DNA from: Setoptus koraiensis
Taxonomy: Eukaryota; Animalia; Arthropoda
NCBI GenBank assembly: GCA_048013815.1
Contig: CM106586.1
Coordinates: forward strand, 12,524,001 to 12,588,000
Reading direction: 5' to 3'
DNA: 64,000 nucleotides
Shown here piece after piece: positions 56,345-64,000 of this stretch. The stretch's first letter is position 1, and each line of letters starts with the position of its first letter. The notes under the pieces were generated by a model. The model did no database searches, was not told the DNA's origin, and saw nothing but the letters and a program-made list of their open reading frames with translations. The position numbers and the translations under genes are program-made.

Positions 56345-57832
56345 GAACATATTGCTTCAATTTTGTTGGGAGATTTAAACTACTTGAGCAAACCACTGAC
56401 ATGCCAGATAAAACGGACGAAAACCAGATACCTCACCAGCTACAGGTCTAAAACGCCAACGATATTGTGTTTGAGTCTATTTCACAATTTGAAATGGCCC
56501 ACCTCATCGGAGAATATCCGGATCTGTCTAAGATTTCATTGATTAAGCCCAGAGAATTCATCGGAACAACATTCGGGAACAGACGCCACAACTATTATAA
56601 GATTATTCGTTTTATTCAGATGCCTCATCAATCCAACAGGCACCAGGCGTATCAAGGATATCTAAAGAGCGCTGAGACTATTGAAAAACATTCTCATTCT
56701 TATGATCGTTGCAATCTATACCATCATCGCCATGCCAGGCAATAACCAGCAGATCCATTTAACATGCTTTTGATCTTATTTTTATACACGTCTGCGGACA
56801 ACTTCCGTACCAACACGATATCCAGGAAGCGATAACCTGGAAGTACTGTGATTATCTGCGATAATGGAGGGATATCAAGTAGCTGCAGCGACATCTATGA
56901 GTCTGATGAGTCTTACAACATTTGGTTTTTCTGTGATTTCTACACGCAGAAATCCAATCATTATTATAACTCCGGAATCAATGTGACTGCAACCGATGAT
57001 GTAGAGGCTTTACTAGCTAACATTGTTAGTTGAGCTGTCTATAGGCAGTTGACCAAATCACCCAGGGTTACCGATGGTTCGGCGCAAAACAGGAGTGTTC
57101 TTCAATTGGGGTCCTTGATTCCCAATGGTTCTTTGACTATTCCGGCTGTAACCAATTCGCTGATTCAACTGAGCAATTCGATCGAGTGAGATCCGTTGAT
57201 TGGTGATAATGACTCCATTTTCATTCTCAAAATAGGCTCTCCGCTTCTTTAATTCTCTGCCAATCGCTTGTCTATAATCTTCGAAGTGAGCACGAAGTTG
57301 ACTCCTGAGTCTGTTCGAATGACGGAAGTATAAATTATAATTTACCAAGACTTCGGCTGAAGTCTTCTAGTTGCTCCTGACAAGTGGTGATATCATGTCG
57401 TGTACACCGTAAACGGTCCGCTGTTATTGCCTTAATGCTATTGTGTGCGGGTTCCTGCATTACAAAATGGCAAGAAGGACATCATTGATGTAGCTATATG
57501 GTGTCGACTGATCACCATTTTTTATCATCTGGTGTTTAACTAGGTCAAGACATAGCTGCTGATAATTTTCAATTTTCTTTTGGTGTGTCCAAATTGCTGT
57601 ATGGGCCTAACTGGCTATTCAGTTGCAATAGCTTGACAATATTCAGGTGTGGACCTCACTGAATTGTGGCACTCGACACTCTGGCAATGTGGCCCAACTC
57701 GTTGTTTTAATTGTTTTACTCTCCGGGGGTCATAAGATCGTTACAAGGATCCTTAACTTGCAGAAGGATTGTTACGTTGAAACTAGAATGTCAGAACAGC
57801 TTGACTATTCGATCAAACTTCGTGCCAACTAG
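56345..57832 (+). pseudogene. Fragmented inositol polyphosphate 5-phosphatase (OCRL/INPP5B-like) relic
   Basis: Collinear HIASILLGDLNY, MPD..HQL, ICDNGG..DESYNIW..INVTATDD, SGGHKIVTRILNLQKDCY. These resemble OCRL WLGDLNYR, MPD..DQL, ISNNGQ..DSQYCKPW..LDVYVSKD, SGEDKIEDILVLHL..KDY. Frameshifts and stops lie between the blocks. Confidence 0.45.
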
Positions 57833-58537
57833 TGCGAAAATACCGTGTGGTACAAGTGCCAACGTTTGGCTCGGGCAACTTCGGCTCGACCCATACTGAG
57901 GAATCAGAGTAACCAAAGACATACGAGGATCACGCTACGCTTCTTATCGTCATGTTGATGTTTCGCTTGATTTCGAAATTGTCATCTCGAGGTTCTTGGT
58001 GACGTTTGGCGCACATCATCATATATGCGGAAGTGATAAGAAGCAAGTAAAACGATTTGGAGGCCATTAATGAGCCAATAAGAATACATGTAAATACATG
58101 TGGACCTCAGTAACAAGTCGCGATATTCTATGCCCGTGGATTTGTTGAACTGCTAGCATCGCTGACACGTTTTTATCTGGTATCGACAGAGGATTAGCGT
58201 TCGATACCCGCCCAGGGCGACTAGTGATAATCTCAGATAGAGGGCCGCCTGCTCCCAATGGCGACCGTCTCTAAAGAGTCTCTACAGACTCTTTAGTAAA
58301 GAGTTTGTGTGTATGAGATAAAACAATAGGCGAATCAATAAAAAGGCGCTTCTATCTTGACTAGTAAAAGTTGTCACCATGGAAAGATGCCGGCTGAGCG
58401 ATTGGAAACGATTTTCATGTGTTGTAAATGCCATTGTTGTGAATACAAGTATACAGCTGAAATGAATTGAAATGAATGAGTAACTGACAAGAAACGAAAG
58501 TATGATTCAATGATAAATTTATTGGCTAATTTATCGG

Positions 58538-60274
58538 TCAGGTAAGCGATTCTAATTGCCACAATTGGCGCATCATTTTGTCATAGTCGTGATATTGGCC
58601 CAGCTCTGCGGCCAGATAATTGTTGGCCGGCGAAAATTGAGGATGCCGCAACCATTGATCCAATTGATATCTTTGGTAGCAATAGCGTCCGTTCAGGGCC
58701 AGTAAATGGCCCGTCGGTGGACTGAGTTGTTGTTGTTGTTGATTAGATTTGTTTACCGTTAATTGAGCGCCATCTTGGTTTATAACATTAACATTAACTT
58801 TGACGGGTTCATCGGGAGCGGGTAAACGCCAATTCAATCTAGTTATGTGTGGCCAGGCAGAGGCCAACACTAGACCGGTTACGTAGAGATCGTCTATCCA
58901 TAGTGGCTTGTGACCTTGACTAGTGAGCAATTGTGACCATTTTAGTAGGTGTTGCATCAATGTTGGCGCTATCAAATAGGCCAAACCGGAACAATATTGC
59001 GGATAAGTGTCATAGACAAACTCGTCTTTAGTGAGTGCCCATTTTCCGTTTCGCTGCACAAGTGAATTGTTTGGAAATAGAGAGCACGCCAGCAACAATT
59101 GTCGATTGTCGCTGCTCACGGTTGTGGCCGGTTGTTGGCGAATCAATTCAATCCATTGTGTCATGTTTAAATATGTGTCATCGTCGCATTTTATGATAAA
59201 TCTTTTCATCTTGTTATCGCTGGCATTGTTGCAACTTGTTGCTGTTGTTGTTGTTGTCGTTGTTGTGTCTCGCTGGAAGCAATTATCGTTGAGCCACTTG
59301 TAGCCGCTGAGATGCTTGTAGGTGAGGTTCCTGTACGAATCGACGATGTTGCTTTGCAGTATGTCGCCGCCGTACCGCTTGGCCTCAAATTCAATGGCGC
59401 TTTCGAGTGAATGTGTCCTGCCTTTGGAGCGTCGCCGTTTCTTGGTCGCCGCATTCTTTTTGCTCCATTTGCCGCTTGCGGGCCACTCTTGCTCGCTGGC
59501 GGGCGACTTTTGCTCGCCGGCGGGTGACTTTTGCTCGCCGGCGGGCTGCTGCTCCTGCGGCGAAAAGCGATAATCGGCCGGCGAACCCAGAACAAAAATC
59601 AATCGCAATTGGACACGATGCCGCCGCAAATAGTCGGCCTGGTGCTGGCGCGAGCCCCAGGTTTCGCGTATCAATTTGCGCTGCTCGAAATGGGTCAATT
59701 TCGAGTGAATCAACACTATAATTAACAAATCCGCCTGGCTGTTCGATGCTGATATGTGCTCCAAACAGCAATAGCTTGCGTGCGGTTCAATTAGGAACTT
59801 GAGCGGCTCGCCAAGATCGAGCCAGGCCGCATCTGACAGATTTGTGGCCGGTGACAATTGGTTGAAATTGGCGCTGTTCGCGCTGTTGACTGTGAGCGGC
59901 TTGAATATGTTGCGACGCTCGAACGAAGCGGCCGACGAGGAGCCCGATAATACGATCTGATGTTGACTTTGCATGAAGGAATAATCGCTCATTAGGTATT
60001 CGTTGATTTGCAGTCCACTCAACGTTTGTCGTTCACCATCGCCATCGATTGCGGCCTGAGTCTGGCCAGCGCGGACGGGATTGGGTTGTGGAAACATTCG
60101 GAAAGCTTGTGTGGAGCTATAGTTGACTGGCACATTGTTGCTTGTGGTCAGTTGAGATCGTTGCTGTTGCTGCTTGTTCAATAGCAGATAATTGAACAGA
60201 CCCATCACGACAATTATCCACACAATTGAGCACGACGCAACAAGCAGGAGAATAGTTTGATTTGGTAGTCGCAT
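58538..60274 (-). CDS. Beta-1,3-galactosyltransferase family (GT31) type II membrane glycosyltransferase, 578 aa, intronless
   Basis: N-terminal TM, RKLIRETWG, EAKRYGGDILQ..DSYRNLTYK, KCDDDTYLN, YPQYCSGLAY, WIDDLYVTG. Confidence 0.93.
   Translation of the reverse strand: MRLPNQTILLLVASCSIVWIIVVMGLFNYLLLNKQQQQRSQLTTSNNVPVNYSSTQAFRMFPQPNPVRAGQTQAAIDGDGERQTLSGLQINEYLMSDYSFMQSQHQIVLSGSSSAASFERRNIFKPLTVNSANSANFNQLSPATNLSDAAWLDLGEPLKFLIEPHASYCCLEHISASNSQADLLIIVLIHSKLTHFEQRKLIRETWGSRQHQADYLRRHRVQLRLIFVLGSPADYRFSPQEQQPAGEQKSPAGEQKSPASEQEWPASGKWSKKNAATKKRRRSKGRTHSLESAIEFEAKRYGGDILQSNIVDSYRNLTYKHLSGYKWLNDNCFQRDTTTTTTTTATSCNNASDNKMKRFIIKCDDDTYLNMTQWIELIRQQPATTVSSDNRQLLLACSLFPNNSLVQRNGKWALTKDEFVYDTYPQYCSGLAYLIAPTLMQHLLKWSQLLTSQGHKPLWIDDLYVTGLVLASAWPHITRLNWRLPAPDEPVKVNVNVINQDGAQLTVNKSNQQQQQLSPPTGHLLALNGRYCYQRYQLDQWLRHPQFSPANNYLAAELGQYHDYDKMMRQLWQLESLT
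59475..59560 (-). repeat. Coding 21-bp tandem repeat (PAGEQKS units) in a GT31 loop insertion
   Basis: PAGEQKS PAGEQKS PASEQEW PASGKW. Confidence 0.85.
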
Positions 60275-60354
60275 GCTCGCTTGCTGTTGCGTAACGTTTG
60301 CTACGAGCTGAATATTTGCATTTGTCCGTTTGCGGCCATTGCCGTTTGCTGCTG

Positions 60355-60404
60355 CTGCCTGTCGAGTGTCTGCCTGTCGAGTGTCTGCCTGTCGAGTGTC
60401 TGCC
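60355..60404. repeat. 15-bp tandem repeat x3 (CTGCCTGTCGAGTGT)
   Basis: Read directly. Confidence 0.9.
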
Positions 60405-62660
60405 AGCTAAATCGGCGGCCTCACGGTGGCCTCATTCACTGATTTGCACTGATTTTATTTTGACAACTTTTCTAATTGATGTTGCTTGCGCTGGCTTGCG
60501 TCTGTTTGCGTTCGTTTGCTCTGATTTGCAATTTTGTGCGATTTGAAATTGTGTGCAATTTGGGGCGATTTGAAATTGTGTGCGATTTGCAATTTGTGTT
60601 GACCATTCGGCGCGACAAGTGTGTTTGCCAATGACGACTCGCTGATACTGACCACTGGTCGCCGCTCTCAACGATCGGCCGCTCTCAACAATCGGCCGCT
60701 CATGATCGAGTTAACAAACAAACGGCAAAACAAACTCACTGACCACTCACTAGCGATGCAACTACTTGCACTGCACTCTTGCGTCACTGCCGCCAGTCGC
60801 AAGTGCGCTCAGTTGCGTAATGCGCCAACCTCGTCCACTTGTCTCCTCCCCCCGCGCTGGCTGTCACTGTTGTCGCAGCTCACCTGTTGCACATACCGTT
60901 ACCGCTGGCAGCGGCTCGCCAGCAGCAGCAGCAGTTACGCAACACTGACAGCAACAACTAGCAGCAGTTGCGAGTCTCATTTGTGATTTCAGTTTTTGGT
61001 TTTCAGTTCAGTTTTGGGTCGCTGTTCGCCCGTTTGTGGCGCCTGTCGCTGCAATCGCAAGCGGCGTCGCCACAGTCAACCATTGACTGAGTCAATGGTT
61101 TGAGATAATTGAAAAGTGACGGATGCCATTTTCGTTTGAGTCGCTCATTTTCAGTCGTCTCATTGTTGTTGTTTTGCGGTTGTTGTGTTGCGACTCGCAA
61201 CTTGAGAGCGCCGAGACGCAATCACGCCGCCAACTGCCAGCGTCCTTTGTTTACACTGCATATAAATGTTTATGTTTCTAATGAGCGATAAGCCATTATC
61301 GTGATGCGCCTGTCAAGCATTTTGTATTTGTTAGCGTTTGGTTATTGACGCCCGCTGACCAGTGGCCGTAATGAGCGCCAACAACCAATGACCATTAGCG
61401 AGTAATGAAAGAATTCTATTGTTCCGCGCGGTTGCCAGTTGACCAGTTGATCAGTTGACCAGTTGATTGGTTGATTAGTTGATTAGCTAACAATGGCCAA
61501 TTGGCGGCTGCAAGTGATTAGTTTCGAGCTACGGGCGAGAATTTCCTCGCCCGCATTGGCGCCCTCTTGCCCGAGTCGCGGGTGCCGAATGCAGCAGCGC
61601 GAAGCCGAGCAATATTTGCACTTTGTGCGCCAGTCAGATCTGTTGTTGTGGCGCGAAAGAACCGCTGCCAGGCCGAACGAAGGCAGCCACGGCAAGGCCG
61701 CAAAAGAAGTCCGAGAAAAGAGAAGCCCAGAGAGGAGAAGCAAAGAAAAGAATGGAGCGGCGTCAATTTGATTTGTTCGGCCAGGTGACGTAAGCGATTG
61801 TGTATCCGTCAAGCGCGTTTGACATGCGCAATTAGCAATTAACTTTTAGCTGTTGGCTCCTTTCTGGCCGCTCCGTCTCATTTATTGATTGATGCCCTCG
61901 CCATTGCCCGCTTGCCACGCCGTTGCCGGCGTCACTTCGTTGGATTTGTTTTTGGCGACCCATTGGCTCGACGGCAACAAATCGAGCGGCCAATCGGTCA
62001 CTCGCGGACCGTCACCGAACGTGTTGGTCGCTCGCAGACTCGGCAGACCGGGCCAACTTGGCAAACTTCGCAAACTCGCATCGCGTCCAATGGCCGGCCG
62101 ATTCGGACGATCGCCGGCCAGATTGAATTAAACGAGCAACGAGTGACGAGCCAGAAATAGCGCGGCCAGAACAGGTGCCAAAAGAATGCGAGAATTCTCG
62201 CCGCCGGCGAGCGTTCGTCGCGGCGCTGTGTCCATTGTCCACTCTGGACACACGGGCCGCATTATAGGAAAGAACAATAACATTCGAGCGTACAGACGAA
62301 CAAAATATATATATATATATGTGTTTATTGGGCCAATTGTTGAAACATTTGAACGCTTGCCATATTTGCGGCATTCGCGAGCAGTTGCGCAACGGCGCCG
62401 AAGAATGATTTTTTGCAATCCACTCAAAGTGTCCACTCGCTCGAGCAATTGGCGAGAATTGCTGGCAATTTGCAAATGGCCGCCACACAATGCGCACACC
62501 AGCAGTCAGCTCAAATGTCATACCGGCATGATGGCCGCACAATGACAGTGTCAATCATTGCGTAACACTTCTGCTAATATCGGCTGGCCAAAACGATTGC
62601 TTGTCTGCGGCGCTTGTTTGTTCGAATGGGATCACAGTGCGAGCAGCACGGTTGTTCGCT

Positions 62661-62724
62661 TCGAACGAGCGCAGTTCGCTCCGAACGAGCGCAGTTCGCT
62701 CCGAACGAGCGCTGCTCGCTTCGA
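62661..62724. repeat. 20-bp tandem repeat x3 with internal inverted repeat (CGAAC..GTTCG)
   Basis: Units start at 62661, 62681 and 62701; no spacers. Confidence 0.85.
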
Positions 62725-63498
62725 TCAGGTGAGGTTCGCTTCGAACAAGGGGGCGTTCGGCCCGGTCAAGTTCGAGTGAACGTTCGCAGCGCTTGTGCGC
62801 TTGTTGCCGCGCTGTCGCGCCATTGTTTCTCGCAAGCCACACACAGTTCGAGCTGTTGAAACAACCCAATGCGATTGCGCAACAATAAGCTCTAATTAGT
62901 TGGCCCATTGATTGCATGCGCCGGCCAGGGCGCTGGCCAGATATTTCACCTGTTGCATTATGGCACAACTCATATATGTGTGGTGCAGTGATTCAAAGGA
63001 TTTGCCCAACAAACGATTTGCCCAATGTCCGCTGGCTGCACACAACGTGAACTACGTGAGCTATCGTGTTGCAATTTGCAAACATCAGCTCGCTACCATG
63101 ATCACGCAATGTCGATTTCACACGACTTTTGGTGGCGCTCTGCACACAAGCAGCGAGTCGGTCAGCCAGCGAACACTGATTAATACGCCGGCGTGATTGC
63201 GCAACTCGGAATTGCCAACTGCGAAATCGAACGTCGAAATCGAACTTCGAAATGGGACTTGGAAATCGAACTTGGAAATCAATCCATCAATCGGGCAGCG
63301 ATGGCGGCCGATCGATGGCCGACACAATCGGTGGCTGCGCGACCGCATCCGTCGCCGTGCTTCGCAGGGCAATCAATCTTGTGCCCATGATGCAAATGAT
63401 AATTTATTGTCCGGCGATGATTCGATCGCGGTAATTGCTGTTGGCAGGTATTGTTTAGCTGATCGTTCGTATCGTTTCGGGCCGCGGAATCCGCTCGC

Positions 63499-63548
63499 GC
63501 ATTCGGCGCATTCGGCGCATTCGGCGCATTCGGCACATTCGGCACATT
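63499..63548. repeat. 9-bp tandem repeat x5.5 (GCATTCGGC)
   Basis: Read directly. Confidence 0.9.
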
Positions 63549-64000
63549 TCTCACATTTCGAATCGGCCCGAATCGGCCGAGCAGTTGACTGCTGCAAACG
63601 AGCGCTGCCTCTCGCGTCGAGATTCTCGCGTCGAGATGCTCAGTTCGACAGTCTCAATGCGAGCGTCTCACATGGCGATCGCAACAAGCGGCCGACGGCG
63701 AGCCGCAGAACAATAATTATAATTGAGTTGCCGCCGAGGGATTCTAATTCAATCATTGGTGGCGCCACCGGCCGGTCGGCCGGTGTCGATCATAAGTTAT
63801 GATTCATAACTGACCCAACGATGACCTTGCCACTGGTAATTGTTGTCGAGCGGAGATCTCATTTCAGCGATGCCGCAACAACCGCCGTGAAACCGGAACT
63901 TGGGCCAGCGTTGGCCAGCGTCGGCCGGGCCGGCCGCTTGATCCGGCTTGCGCGCGCCCCGGTCACTGCCCAGTGGTCGGCAGTGAGACGGCGAGACCGG

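Noticed and set aside
57058-57348. 96-aa minus-strand ORF as a separate gene or viral insert
   Set aside because: Non-ATG start, no recognisable motif, lies inside the OCRL-like relic span.
62661-62724. Palindromic 20-bp repeats as a CRISPR-like array
   Set aside because: Units are head-to-tail with no unique spacers, there are no cas genes, and the context is eukaryotic.
1-64000. tRNA, rRNA, snRNA or known miRNA genes
   Set aside because: No cloverleaf, rRNA segment or conserved arthropod miRNA sequence found by eye; tRNAscan-SE and Infernal are needed to exclude them formally.

Overview
Eukaryotic (arthropod) genomic window. Many conserved genes are intronless (SMC3, CSTF3, SPOUT1, MAST kinase, B3GALT) and the introns present are mostly short (about 100-165 nt). 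This suggests a streamlined mite genome, possibly eriophyoid, but that is inference only. 1-26 kb is gene-dense: receptor guanylyl cyclase 3' part, truncated Na/K-ATPase beta-like ORF, CRAL-TRIO gene, acid lipase, SPOUT1, CstF-77, SMC3, a small C1orf109-like ORF and an orphan EGF-domain membrane protein. 26-64 kb is gene-sparse and rich in CpG-containing mini/microsatellites, with a second CRAL-TRIO gene, a MAST kinase, myophilin/MP20, a ~1200-aa low-complexity membrane protein and a GT31 galactosyltransferase. Two things stand out. (1) A young, complete 3178-bp LTR element: apparently identical 224-bp LTRs, 4-bp TSD, tRNA-like PBS, and one intact Gag-protease ORF with an unknown tail but no RT, RNase H or integrase. 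It carries four palindromes built on GGAAATTTCC. (2) Several intergenic stretches read as collinear, frameshifted relics of conserved genes: CTNNBL1-, OCRL/INPP5B-, PINK1- and RecQ-like, plus the PDZ half of MAST. All homology calls were made by eye against remembered sequences. The relic calls especially need profile-HMM confirmation.
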